From contig PWKN01000072.1 of assembly GCA_003559735.1 (NCBI GenBank), positions 18,382-82,381 of the forward strand: a stretch of 64,000 nt of DNA, in the 5' to 3' direction. The notes below the pieces were generated by a model, which was not told the origin of the DNA, did not search any database, and saw only the letters and a program-made list of their open reading frames with translations. Source of the stretch: Bacteroidales bacterium (GTDB lineage Bacteria > Bacteroidota > Bacteroidia > Bacteroidales > UBA7960). Shown here one piece after another: positions 40,659 to 49,812 of this stretch (positions are counted from its first letter, which is position 1; every line of letters starts with the position of its first letter). The translations under genes and the position numbers were made by a program.

Positions 40659-41525
40659 TTACTGTCCCAGATAGGCTTTCAGCAGTTTGCTCCGGGATGT
40701 GTGTTTGAGGCGGCGTATGGCCTTTTCCTTTATTTGCCTTACCCGTTCACGGGTCAGGTCAAACTTTGCGCCAATCTCATCGAGGGTCAGACCATGATTC
40801 ATACCGATACCGAAATACAGGTTGATCACATCGCGTTCTTTTTCTGTAAGGGTGGCCAGTGAACGCTGGATTTCCCTGGCCAGTGACTCATGGATCAGGC
40901 TGGAGTCGGCGTTTGGCGAATCCTGGTTGATATACACATCGAGTAAGCTGGCATCTTCTCCCTGGACAAGCGGAGCATCTACAGAGACGTGATGGGTGGA
41001 TATCCTGAAGGATTCGGTTATTTTGTCCTCATGAACGTCCAGAGCATCAGCCAGTTCTTCGGCCGACGGAGGCCTTTCATATCTTTGTTCCAGTTTTGAC
41101 GCTTCTTTTTTTATCTTGTTAAGTGATCCCACCTGGTTCAGGGGCAATCGCACAATACGTGACTGCTCAGCAAGGGCTTGCAATATTGACTGACGGATCC
41201 ACCAAACCGCGTAAGAAATAAACTTGAATCCCCTGGTTTCATCAAAACGTTTGGCCGCCTTGATCAATCCCAAATTACCCTCGTTGATCAGGTCAGGCAG
41301 ACTCAGGCCCTGGTTCTGATACTGCTTGGCAACGGATACAACGAAACGAAGGTTTGCCTTGGTGAGTTTTTCAAGGGCTACCTGATCACCCTGTTTGATT
41401 CTCTGGGCCAGTTGAACTTCCTCTTCTGCAGATATCAAGGGAACCTTTCCAATCTCCTGCAAATATTTGTCTAACGATGCGGTATCACGATTGGTAATGG
41501 ATTTTGAGATCTTAAGTTGTCGCAT
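40659..41525 (-). CDS. rpoD: RNA polymerase sigma factor, RpoD/SigA type (copy 2, paralogue)
   Basis: 288 aa and collinear with copy 1. By my count there are 16 differences in the first 130 residues, region 3 is diverged, and region 4.2 is conserved ([18 protein letters not shown]). Confidence 0.9.
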   Translation of the reverse strand: MRQLKISKSITNRDTASLDKYLQEIGKVPLISAEEEVQLAQRIKQGDQVALEKLTKANLRFVVSVAKQYQNQGLSLPDLINEGNLGLIKAAKRFDETRGFKFISYAVWWIRQSILQALAEQSRIVRLPLNQVGSLNKIKKEASKLEQRYERPPSAEELADALDVHEDKITESFRISTHHVSVDAPLVQGEDASLLDVYINQDSPNADSSLIHESLAREIQRSLATLTEKERDVINLYFGIGMNHGLTLDEIGAKFDLTRERVRQIKEKAIRRLKHTSRSKLLKAYLGQ

Positions 41526-41592
41526 AGGATTTTATATAGTATTTTGATAATTAGCGAAATAAAAACTTTACCCCCCTGTTTTTAAAAGCCCA

Positions 41593-41600
41593 CAAAGATA
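41593..41600 (-). promoter_or_regulatory. candidate -7 box (TATCTTTG on minus strand) for sigma copy 2
   Basis: The plus strand reads CAAAGATA 68 nt upstream of the ATG at 41525. Confidence 0.45.
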
Positions 41601-41666
41601 CAAAAAATAATATCTAAATGCAAGCTTTATATTGAATAACAACCATTCTGTTTCCCTTACAGGGTT

Positions 41667-43154
41667 TTAGTCAAGTCCGACGCCATAATATGCCCTTCTG
41701 CCATCAGGATAAACACCTTCGATGAGCACGCCCCCGCTTTCTCCCTCCAGTATGCGTATAATGTCATCAGGCGAGCCCACGGGCCTGTTGGCAATATGGG
41801 TGATGATGAAGCCCCTCCGGATACCGGCGTTGCTTAGTGCTCCCCTTGCAATGGCCGTTATCTGCACCCCATGGTCAAGATCCATCTCACTGAGTGTTTG
41901 TTCAGGAACAGATTCAAAGCGGGCACCCAACAACTCTGATACCTCACGGGCATCGCGCGTCACCGCTGCCACTTCACCATAAATGTTTTTCAACACTGCC
42001 TGGGTCTCCCTTACACGTCCATCACGGTAATATTTTACCAACACCTCGTCGCCCGGACGCTTCCGGCCAACAGTTTCTATCAGTTCGGTAGGATTACGAA
42101 CGGTTGTCTGATCTATTGCCGTGATCACATCACCCGGCCTCAATCCGGCTTCCTCGGCGGCACTGTTCGGCGCCACACTTTGTATATAGGCACCCTGTGT
42201 AATGCTGAGCCCTTTTTCTTCGGCTTCCCGGCTGGTGACCGGTGTGATCGTTACACCCAGCATCCCACGTTGTACCTCTCCAAACTCAAGCAGGTCCTCA
42301 ATCACTTTGGATGCAATGTTTGATGGAATGGCAAAGGAATACCCGGCAAACGTGCCTGTGGTGGATGCTATGGCCGTATTGATGCCGATCAGTTCACCAC
42401 GGGTGTTTACCAGTGCACCACCACTGTTTCCCCGGTTCACTGCCGCATCGGTCTGTATGAATGACTCAATGGCCATGGTATCTGTTAAAATATTGATGTT
42501 GCGACCCTTTGCACTCACTATGCCAGCTGTAACGGTAGACTCAAGGTTAAAGGGATTGCCAATGGCAAGCACCCATTCCCCTACTTTCAGTATATCAGAA
42601 TCTCCAAATTCAAGATAGGGCAGGTCATTTGCGTTAATTTTCAGCAATGCCAGGTCCGTTGTCGGGTCGTTGCCAACCAGGGTGGCCTCAAACATCCTGT
42701 TGTCATTCATTGTTACCTCAATCAGCGAGGCATCATCAATTACATGGTTATTGGTAATTATGTATCCGTCCTGGCTAAGGATTACTCCACTACCCGAACC
42801 GACAACCGGACGTTGCTGGCGATCAGGCCTGCCACGCGGACCAAAAAAGAAATCAAAAATATCGCCATGGCCAAACGGATCTCCGTAGGGACTCCTGCCC
42901 CGGCGTTCGAACTCGGCACGAATATGCACCACGGCATCAACTGTCAACTCCGAAACCACTGTAAAATCAGGTAATCCAGAAGGCAGATCCTTTAATTGAC
43001 TGATCAGCGATGATGGGATCCGTTCTGCACGATGCGGAATGGTATGCGAAACCACAACGCCGTCATCACTGGCATTAAAGAAATAATGGCTGATGCCCAA
43101 TGAGGTTATACCACCCAGAACAGCAACGAAGAATAAGCTCAATATCTTTTTCAT
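41667..43154 (-). CDS. htrA: Do/HtrA family periplasmic serine endopeptidase with two PDZ domains
   Basis: 495 aa with a trypsin-like catalytic region (TNNHV ... D ... GNSGGALVN) and two PDZ-like segments. Confidence 0.9.
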   Translation of the reverse strand: MKKILSLFFVAVLGGITSLGISHYFFNASDDGVVVSHTIPHRAERIPSSLISQLKDLPSGLPDFTVVSELTVDAVVHIRAEFERRGRSPYGDPFGHGDIFDFFFGPRGRPDRQQRPVVGSGSGVILSQDGYIITNNHVIDDASLIEVTMNDNRMFEATLVGNDPTTDLALLKINANDLPYLEFGDSDILKVGEWVLAIGNPFNLESTVTAGIVSAKGRNINILTDTMAIESFIQTDAAVNRGNSGGALVNTRGELIGINTAIASTTGTFAGYSFAIPSNIASKVIEDLLEFGEVQRGMLGVTITPVTSREAEEKGLSITQGAYIQSVAPNSAAEEAGLRPGDVITAIDQTTVRNPTELIETVGRKRPGDEVLVKYYRDGRVRETQAVLKNIYGEVAAVTRDAREVSELLGARFESVPEQTLSEMDLDHGVQITAIARGALSNAGIRRGFIITHIANRPVGSPDDIIRILEGESGGVLIEGVYPDGRRAYYGVGLD

Positions 43155-43582
43155 AGCGATTGTTTTTGTATGTTAATAACAATTATTGTATCCTTTTGTT
43201 TATTATACCCTGATCCTGTCCTGTATTATCTGTCCTTTTTTATACAAGTCAGATGCAAGGCATACAGAATGCCATTAAAAACAAACAATCTGCGCAAGTT
43301 TCAACACGCAACAAGTATGCCTTATGTCCCAAAAAAATCTTAATAAAGATTAAAGATTCCCAACCGTTTTTGTTCATGCTTATTATACGGGAGGATGCAA
43401 CTGGTCGGCATCGGCCGGCAAGACATTCTCTTTCAGGGTTTTCCCAACAAAAAGGTGATTCAAAGCAGATGCAGTTGTACATACTTTCTGCGGCAAAGCA
43501 ACACGGTGCTGCCTGTTGGTCAGTAAAATGGATGCACGGAACATCATAAGCATTTTTAACATGGCAATAACTTTTTTTTCAC

Positions 43583-43590
43583 TACTTTTG
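43583..43590 (+). promoter_or_regulatory. candidate -7 box TACTTTTG for dapF
   Basis: TAnnTTTG match 27 nt upstream of the ATG at 43617. Confidence 0.45.
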
Positions 43591-43616
43591 ACAACACAAT
43601 TGCTGCCCGGTTTATT

Positions 43617-44444
43617 ATGATACAGCATTTCTACAAGTTTCACGGAACAGGAAATGATTTCATCGTGATTGACAATCGTCCGGCGAATGGTTTTTCAGCC
43701 TTCGGCGAGCGGCAGAATGTCATCGCAAGCCTTTGTGACCGACATTTTGGCATTGGTGCCGACGGACTTATCCTGGTGGGGAGTGACCGTGACCTGGATT
43801 TCAGAATGGATTATTTTAATGCAGATGGCAAAGAAGGTAGTTTGTGTGGAAACGGCAGCCGCTGCGCGGTCGCATTCGCCTGTATGGCAGGTATGGTCGA
43901 TAAGCGATCTGCTGTCTGGTTCAGGGCCGTTGACGGAGAACATGCAGCCAGGATCGTTTCTGTCAGCGACAATGAGTATATGATCAATGTAGCCATAAAT
44001 GATGTGCAGCCACCAAAACGGCTCTCTGCCTCTGAATACTTTGTTGATACCGGATCTCCCCATTTTATAGCATTTGCTGACGATATTGATTCCATTGATG
44101 TCGTCCGTGAAGGGAGCAAAATAAGACACGCCCAACAATGGGCCCCTTACGGCGTAAACGTTAACTTTGTAAAAATGCTGGATGCAGCACATTTGGCGGC
44201 CAGGACATTCGAGAGGGGGGTGGAACGGGAAACCCTGTCTTGCGGAACAGGGGTCACAGCAGCGGCTGTTGCAGCATACACACATTGCCCGCCTGAGCAA
44301 GCATTGCATAAATACCATATTCAAACATCAGGCGGAGGGTTGAACGTTTCATTCACACCACCTAAGGATCCCGGTTCGCCTTTTACCAATATGCACCTGG
44401 AGGGACCAGCCGTGTTCGTCTTCAGGGGTGAGATCAAATTATGA
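43617..44444 (+). CDS. dapF: diaminopimelate epimerase
   Basis: FYKFHGTGNDFIVID...two catalytic Cys contexts (GSLCGNGSRC, LSCGTG). Confidence 0.9.
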   Translation: MIQHFYKFHGTGNDFIVIDNRPANGFSAFGERQNVIASLCDRHFGIGADGLILVGSDRDLDFRMDYFNADGKEGSLCGNGSRCAVAFACMAGMVDKRSAVWFRAVDGEHAARIVSVSDNEYMINVAINDVQPPKRLSASEYFVDTGSPHFIAFADDIDSIDVVREGSKIRHAQQWAPYGVNVNFVKMLDAAHLAARTFERGVERETLSCGTGVTAAAVAAYTHCPPEQALHKYHIQTSGGGLNVSFTPPKDPGSPFTNMHLEGPAVFVFRGEIKL

Positions 44445-44989
44445 TGCCTGTGTTTCCCATCATGCCAATGAACCCATTGAAAGGACAGAGAATTGCACTC
44501 AGGCCCGTTGAGATCGGAGACCTCGACGCAATTTACCGTTGGGAAAACGATCCTGGCAACTGGATACACAGCAACCACCTGAATCCTATTTCACGCTTTT
44601 ACCTGGAACAATACATTCTTAATGCAGAAAACAATATTTATGTGGATAAGCAGTTAAGGCTGTTGATTGTTGATCACAACAAAAAGCAACTGGGGATCAT
44701 CGACCTGTTTGACTTTGAACCGCATCACCGCCGCGCAGCTGTTGGCATAATTATTGACGCGAGTGTTCAGAAACAGGGATATGGTTCGGAAGCATTGAAT
44801 TTATTGATCCAATACGCAAATAAAACACTTAATCTTAAACAGTTATATTGTGGGATCGGAGAAGGGAACAACATCAGTCTGCGGTTGTTTCAAAATCATG
44901 GGTTCAGAATAACGGGCACGAAAAAAGAGTGGCGCCATCTTGATGGGAAGTGGGTTGATGAACATTTTTTACAACTGATTTTTGACTGA
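44441..44989 (+). CDS. GNAT family N-acetyltransferase (RimJ/RimL-like)
   Basis: Acetyl-CoA-binding motif region (VQKQGYGSEALNLL). Its ATGA start/stop overlaps dapF. The exact start is uncertain. Confidence 0.75.
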   Translation: MMPVFPIMPMNPLKGQRIALRPVEIGDLDAIYRWENDPGNWIHSNHLNPISRFYLEQYILNAENNIYVDKQLRLLIVDHNKKQLGIIDLFDFEPHHRRAAVGIIIDASVQKQGYGSEALNLLIQYANKTLNLKQLYCGIGEGNNISLRLFQNHGFRITGTKKEWRHLDGKWVDEHFLQLIFD

Positions 44990-45027
44990 GCAAAGGCAGT
45001 CTGCCGCCATAATCAAAACAATACCAG

Positions 45028-46077
45028 ATGACAAGGTTTAAAAAGATATTTATTTACCTCTCCGTTGCGGGTGTTGCATTGCTAACGGCTGCCCTTGCAG
45101 CCGGCATCGCTTTTTATGTTCATGTGCATGCACCGAATGTTGACCTGGATGGACAGGAAAGCATAGCGATCACCATCCCCAGGGGAAGCAGTTACGAATA
45201 CGTTGTCAGTATACTGAATGATGCAGGCATATTATCAAGCGCCAGACGGTTTCACAGGGTTGCCGTAAGAAAGAGTTATCCGGATCGGATCATGCCTGGC
45301 CGGTATGTTATTCATCATGGGATGTCCAATAACCAGTTGATCAATATGCTGCGACTGGGTGAACAGCAGCCGGTAATGCTTACTTTTAACAGCATACGCA
45401 CGGGAGCGGATCTTGCCGCAGTAATTTCCCGCCAGCTTGAGGTGGATTCATCAAGCATCGTAAAACTTTTACACAATCAGGAACTGATGGAAAACAAGGG
45501 TATGGATACCCTGACCGGTAAATTGTTGTTTATACCAAACACCTATGAGGTTTTCTGGAATACCAGTGCTGATCAACTATTGAAGCGGATGCACCGTGAA
45601 TACAACACGTTCTGGAACGACCAGCGGCGTGCACGAGCCACTGAAATAGGACTTTCTCCCGAGGAGGTGGGCATTCTTGCTTCTATTGTACAGAGTGAAA
45701 CAAAAATGGATGATGAGATGGCCCGCGTTGCAGGTGTCTTCATGAACCGGTTGCGGCAAAATATCCCTTTACAGGCCGATCCTACCATCATTTTTGCCCA
45801 TGGTGATTTCAGCATCAGGCGTGTACTAAACCGGCACCTTACGATCGATTCGCCCTACAATACATACAAGCACACCGGATTGCCACCCGGTCCGGTTTAT
45901 TTACCGGAACCACGGGCAATAGATGCTGTGCTGAATTACGAAGAACATGACTATTTGTTTTTCAGTGCAAAACCCGATTTTAGCGGGTACCATTCGTTTG
46001 CCGCAACCTACAGTGAGCACCTGGCCAACGCCCGCCGGTACAGACAGGCACTGAATGAAAGGAACATTTACAGATGA
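45028..46077 (+). CDS. mltG: endolytic murein transglycosylase MltG (YceG-like)
   Basis: N-terminal TM anchor and the YceG core (LASIVQSETKMDDEMARVAGVFMNRL...SPYNTYKHTGLPPGP). Confidence 0.9.
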   Translation: MTRFKKIFIYLSVAGVALLTAALAAGIAFYVHVHAPNVDLDGQESIAITIPRGSSYEYVVSILNDAGILSSARRFHRVAVRKSYPDRIMPGRYVIHHGMSNNQLINMLRLGEQQPVMLTFNSIRTGADLAAVISRQLEVDSSSIVKLLHNQELMENKGMDTLTGKLLFIPNTYEVFWNTSADQLLKRMHREYNTFWNDQRRARATEIGLSPEEVGILASIVQSETKMDDEMARVAGVFMNRLRQNIPLQADPTIIFAHGDFSIRRVLNRHLTIDSPYNTYKHTGLPPGPVYLPEPRAIDAVLNYEEHDYLFFSAKPDFSGYHSFAATYSEHLANARRYRQALNERNIYR

Positions 46078-46095
46078 TCATCATTCAATGCCGGA

Positions 46096-47406
46096 TTATC
46101 TGGTACAGACCCTGGCATACAATTCATACTCAGATGCCCCGGTAATCTCAACCGCTGCAAAGACACCTGTTTCGAGGCTTTCGCCCTTTTCAATGATGAC
46201 TTCGTTATCTACTTCAGGAGCGTCGTATTCGGTACGGCCAACAAAACATGATGCTGTTTCACTGTCGATCAGAACGGTCATTTTCCGGCCAATCATCAGA
46301 TGGTTGTTCTGACAGGAGATCTCTGATTGCATGGACATGATCGTCTCCAGGCGTTTTTGCTTTACGGATTCCTTTACAGGATCACCAAGAGCGTATGCCC
46401 TTGTGTGCTCTTCCATTGAGTATGCAAATACACCCAGACGGTCGAAACGCATTGCTTCAACAAATCCGGCCAGCTCTTTAAATTCCTTTTCTGTTTCGCC
46501 GGGGTATCCTACCATCAGGGTTGTACGAAGTGCCAGTTTGGGAATCTCCTTCCGGAGCCTGTTCAATAAGCTGATGGTTGCTGCTTTATCATGCCCTCTG
46601 CGCATGGAGCGCAGTATTTTATCGTTGATATGCTGTATGGGGATATCGAGGTAGTTGCATATTTTTTTTTCAGAAGCCATCAGTTGGATGACATCATCAG
46701 GGAATTTATGCGGATAGGCATAATGAAGCCTGATCCATTCAACGCCATCTACCTGGCAAAGTCGCCGGAGCAGCGGTACAAGCAAGGATTTTCCGCCCTG
46801 ATCGATGCCATAATGGCTCAGGTCCTGGGCCACAAGGATCAGTTCTTTCACCCCTTTTGCAGCCAGCAGGGCAGCCTCTTCTGCCAACAGGTCAACAGGA
46901 ATTGACCGGTAGGGTCCCCTTATGGCAGGGATCGCACAGAATGAACAGGTACGATCGCAGCCTTCGGCGATTTTGAGGTAGGCATAATGAGATGGGGTGG
47001 TAAGGAAGCGCCGGGGATCATTCAGCACATACTTTTCTTCCAGGTAGGAGAACAGCTGTTGCGGATCACGCGCACCAAACCATGCAGATACTTCAGGGAT
47101 CTCCTGTTGCAACACATCCTTATACCGTTCGGTAAGACAACCGGTGACGATCACTTCACCAGCCAGTCCGTTTTTTTGTGCCTGCAACGCCTCCAGGATC
47201 GTTTCGATGCTTTCCTCCTTTGCATCGTTAATGAATCCGCAGGTGTTGATGATCACAATATCGGCCGCTTGCTGCGGATGGTGAACAATGGAAAACCGTT
47301 CAGATGGCAGCTGCGCCAGTATTTTTTCAGAATCCACAAGGTTTTTTGAGCAACCAAGTGATATCAGGTTGATTGATTTCTTTTTCACGGAGAGATTGTT
47401 TGTCAC
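46096..47406 (-). CDS. rimO: ribosomal protein S12 methylthiotransferase RimO
   Basis: UPF0004 N-domain (LGCSKNLVDSE), radical SAM CxxxCxxC (CDRTCSFC) and a TRAM domain. Confidence 0.9.
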   Translation of the reverse strand: MTNNLSVKKKSINLISLGCSKNLVDSEKILAQLPSERFSIVHHPQQAADIVIINTCGFINDAKEESIETILEALQAQKNGLAGEVIVTGCLTERYKDVLQQEIPEVSAWFGARDPQQLFSYLEEKYVLNDPRRFLTTPSHYAYLKIAEGCDRTCSFCAIPAIRGPYRSIPVDLLAEEAALLAAKGVKELILVAQDLSHYGIDQGGKSLLVPLLRRLCQVDGVEWIRLHYAYPHKFPDDVIQLMASEKKICNYLDIPIQHINDKILRSMRRGHDKAATISLLNRLRKEIPKLALRTTLMVGYPGETEKEFKELAGFVEAMRFDRLGVFAYSMEEHTRAYALGDPVKESVKQKRLETIMSMQSEISCQNNHLMIGRKMTVLIDSETASCFVGRTEYDAPEVDNEVIIEKGESLETGVFAAVEITGASEYELYARVCTR

Positions 47407-48356
47407 GACCGAAACAATGTTTCCACAAATGCCTCCCTGTCAAATATTTGCAAATCATCGATGCGTTCACCAACACCAATATACTTTACCGGAACATTGA
47501 ACTGGTCGCTTACCCCTATTACCACGCCACCTTTGGCTGTGCCATCCAGTTTTGTGATCGCCAGCGCATTCACCTCCGTGACCGATGTAAACTGCCTGGC
47601 CTGTTCAAAGGCATTTTGCCCGGTAGAACCGTCAAGGATGAGCAATACTTCCTGGGGGGCACCCGGGATAACTTTCTGCATTACCCGTTTCACTTTCGCC
47701 AGCTCGTTCATCAGGTTGACCTTGTTATGTAAACGTCCGGCTGTATCCAGGATGGCTACATCCATATTGTTTTGTTTGGCATATTCGAGGGTATCATATG
47801 CCACCGATGCCGGATCTGCACCCATCCCCTTATTTACAACCGGCACCCCGGCACGCTCCGACCAAATGGTTAGCTGATCGACCGCAGCGGCACGAAAAGT
47901 ATCTGCCGCACCCAGCACAACCTTTTTGCCAGCCATCTTCAGCTGATGGGCAAGCTTTCCGATCGTAGTGGTTTTGCCAACACCATTAACCCCCACCACC
48001 ATGATCACATAGGGCACATCAGTGTTGTCAGGCAAAATCTCCCCAAAGCTGCCCGCCTTGTTCTCAAAAAGCAATGCCGTTACCTCTTCACGCAAAATAC
48101 GGTTCAGCTCCTCGGTGCCAAGGTACTTATCCCGTGCAACACGGTTTTCGATGCGTTCGATGATCTTTATGGTGGTGGCCACCCCAACATCCGAACTGAC
48201 CAACACTTCTTCAAGCTCATCAAGCACCATTGCATCAACCGTTGACCTTCCTGCAACAGCCTTTGACAGCCTGGAGAAAAGCGTGGTGCGTGTCTTTGAC
48301 AAACCTTTGTCGAGCTTTTCTTCTTTGTTTTTTGAGAAAATGTCAAATAATCCCAT
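47403..48356 (-). CDS. ftsY: signal recognition particle receptor FtsY
   Basis: MGLFDIFSKNKEEKLDKGL... with an NG domain (GVNGVGKTTTIGKLA, DTAGRL). Its stop overlaps the rimO start by 4 nt. The start is trimmed from the track ORF. Confidence 0.9.
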   Translation of the reverse strand: MGLFDIFSKNKEEKLDKGLSKTRTTLFSRLSKAVAGRSTVDAMVLDELEEVLVSSDVGVATTIKIIERIENRVARDKYLGTEELNRILREEVTALLFENKAGSFGEILPDNTDVPYVIMVVGVNGVGKTTTIGKLAHQLKMAGKKVVLGAADTFRAAAVDQLTIWSERAGVPVVNKGMGADPASVAYDTLEYAKQNNMDVAILDTAGRLHNKVNLMNELAKVKRVMQKVIPGAPQEVLLILDGSTGQNAFEQARQFTSVTEVNALAITKLDGTAKGGVVIGVSDQFNVPVKYIGVGERIDDLQIFDREAFVETLFRS

Positions 48357-48539
48357 GACTTTGCATAATATAGGGAATAAAAAAGACCTGCACCGCATAT
48401 ATCGGGCAGATCTGAAAAAGAACCAGTTACCTCAGGTTCAAAAAAAAGCGAGGATCTGCTTATTCAAGCAACAAAAAGGCATGACCCGGACGGGCATCAG
48501 CTGATACAAACAAGCTGGATCGCACCGCTGAGTCAATCA

Positions 48540-48698
48540 TTATTTCTTCGAAGCAAAATACTCTTTCACCTTTTCTGCTGCCACAATATTTTCCTCGAAC
48601 GCATATGCACCCGTCTTTTCAGATTTTTGCATCCGGATAACCTTGGCAAACCCTTTGCCTGCACCGGTCTTCAATGTTGCAACTACTTTCTTTGCCAT
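48540..48698 (-). CDS. DUF4295-family small protein (52 aa)
   Basis: It is below the ORF-track cutoff. My translation is MAKKVVATLKTGAGKGFAKVIRMQKSEKTGAYAFEENIVAAEKVKEYFASKK. It occupies the conserved Bacteroidota position downstream of rpmG. Confidence 0.75.
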   Translation of the reverse strand: MAKKVVATLKTGAGKGFAKVIRMQKSEKTGAYAFEENIVAAEKVKEYFASKK

Positions 48699-48717
48699 GA
48701 TACACAGGTTTTATTAA

Positions 48718-48752
48718 GTGTCTGTCTCTGCTGTCCGATTTCTGCGTTGTGC
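48718..48752 (+). repeat. 35-nt A-poor intergenic repeat, copy A (GTGTCTGTCTCTGCTGTCCGATTTCTGCGTTGTGC)
   Basis: 30 of 35 identical to copy B at 51250-51284. It lies in the rpmG-DUF4295 spacer. Confidence 0.8.
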
Positions 48753-48804
48753 TTGTTTTGAATCCGAACATTTTCGTTCAGACACTTGACTTTATGAACA
48801 GACT

Positions 48805-48993
48805 CTATTTAATTTCTTTATGAATGGTCATTTTCCGTAAAATCGGATTGTATTTCTTGATCTCCAACCGGTCGGGTGTGTTCTTCTTGTTCTTGGTAGT
48901 GATATACCTTGAAGTACCCGGCATACCGCTGTCTTTATGTTCCGTACACTCCAAAATAACCTGGTTGCGTGCTTCTTTTGATTTCTTTGCCAT
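48805..48993 (-). CDS. rpmG: 50S ribosomal protein L33
   Basis: [62 protein letters not shown]. Confidence 0.95.
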   Translation of the reverse strand: MAKKSKEARNQVILECTEHKDSGMPGTSRYITTKNKKNTPDRLEIKKYNPILRKMTIHKEIK

Positions 48994-49024
48994 GATTGAA
49001 TGCCTTTATTGATTTTCAGGAGCG

Positions 49025-49032
49025 CAAAGATA
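49025..49032 (-). promoter_or_regulatory. candidate -7 box (TATCTTTG on minus strand) for rpmG
   Basis: The plus strand reads CAAAGATA 32 nt upstream of the ATG at 48993. Confidence 0.5.
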
Positions 49033-49228
49033 CAACTTTTTATTAAAAAATTAAGCACAAAAAACAAATTGAACGTCAAAAGAGTTACAGAAAAAGAAAA
49101 GTCTTTGTTTCTTTGCAGTTACCAGCATTATTTTTATCTTCGCATCATAATAATTATGCAACCGTTCCGGGATTTTCCTTTTTATAAAAGGATCATCCCG
49201 TTCATTTTTAAACCAAACACCAGGTATT

Positions 49229-49720
49229 ATGACACAATCTGAAGCCAAAGTAATTGCACTAACCTACGAATTGCGCGAAGGTGGTCCGGAGGGAAACCTC
49301 CTGGAAGCTGTAAATAAGGACCAGCCCGTTGAATTCTTATTTGGTGCAGGTCGTTTGAATCAGAGTTTTGAAAACAATGTAAAGGATCTGGATACCGGAC
49401 AGCCTTTTGAATTCCTGATAGAAGCCGATAATGCATATGGACAGGTCAACGAAAAAGCCATCGTGGAGCTTCCCAAAAGTATTTTCGTGATTGATGGAAA
49501 ACTTGCAGAAGATCTGCTGGTTGAAGGCAACACCATCAATATGGAAGACCAGGAGGGGAATCCGCACCGCGGTAAAATACTCGAGATCGGTGAAGAGAAG
49601 GTAAAGATGGATTTCAACCATCCGTTGGCGGGTATGGACCTGCACTTTCGGGGAGAGGTGATTAACCGCCGCAAACCCACCACCGATGAAGTAAAGCAAG
49701 GGTATGTAAAGCCGGAGTAG
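49229..49720 (+). CDS. slyD: FKBP-type peptidyl-prolyl cis-trans isomerase (SlyD-like)
   Basis: 163 aa: VIALTYELREGG...FLFGAGRLNQSFENNV...NHPLAGMDLHFRGEVI, with an insert-in-flap region. Confidence 0.85.
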   Translation: MTQSEAKVIALTYELREGGPEGNLLEAVNKDQPVEFLFGAGRLNQSFENNVKDLDTGQPFEFLIEADNAYGQVNEKAIVELPKSIFVIDGKLAEDLLVEGNTINMEDQEGNPHRGKILEIGEEKVKMDFNHPLAGMDLHFRGEVINRRKPTTDEVKQGYVKPE

Positions 49721-49812
49721 TGATCGTACCTGCTCCGTGTCCCTTTATCCTGAATGGTGCGCAAGAACAATACAGGTTATGCATAAGGGAAGCAACATCC
49801 CGGCCGTGGATG

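Noticed and set aside
43155-43616. Lysine (L-box) riboswitch upstream of dapF
   Set aside because: The spacer is long enough, but I could not find the conserved L-box core elements, and the best dapF promoter box lies downstream of most of the spacer.
43383-43643. 86-aa minus-strand ORF spanning the dapF start
   Set aside because: It overlaps the dapF start codon and promoter box and has no recognisable family. It is kept only as part of the unexplained-spacer finding.
43695-44324. 209-aa minus-strand ORF antisense to dapF
   Set aside because: It overlaps a confidently identified dapF and is Cys/Arg-rich with no family resemblance, so it is a shadow ORF.
49718-49745. Possible degenerate copy of the TAGTGTCTGTC-type element right at the slyD stop (TAGTGATCGTACCTGCTCCGTGTCCC)
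   Set aside because: After the TAGTG only about 10 of the next 15 positions match, which I cannot distinguish from chance.
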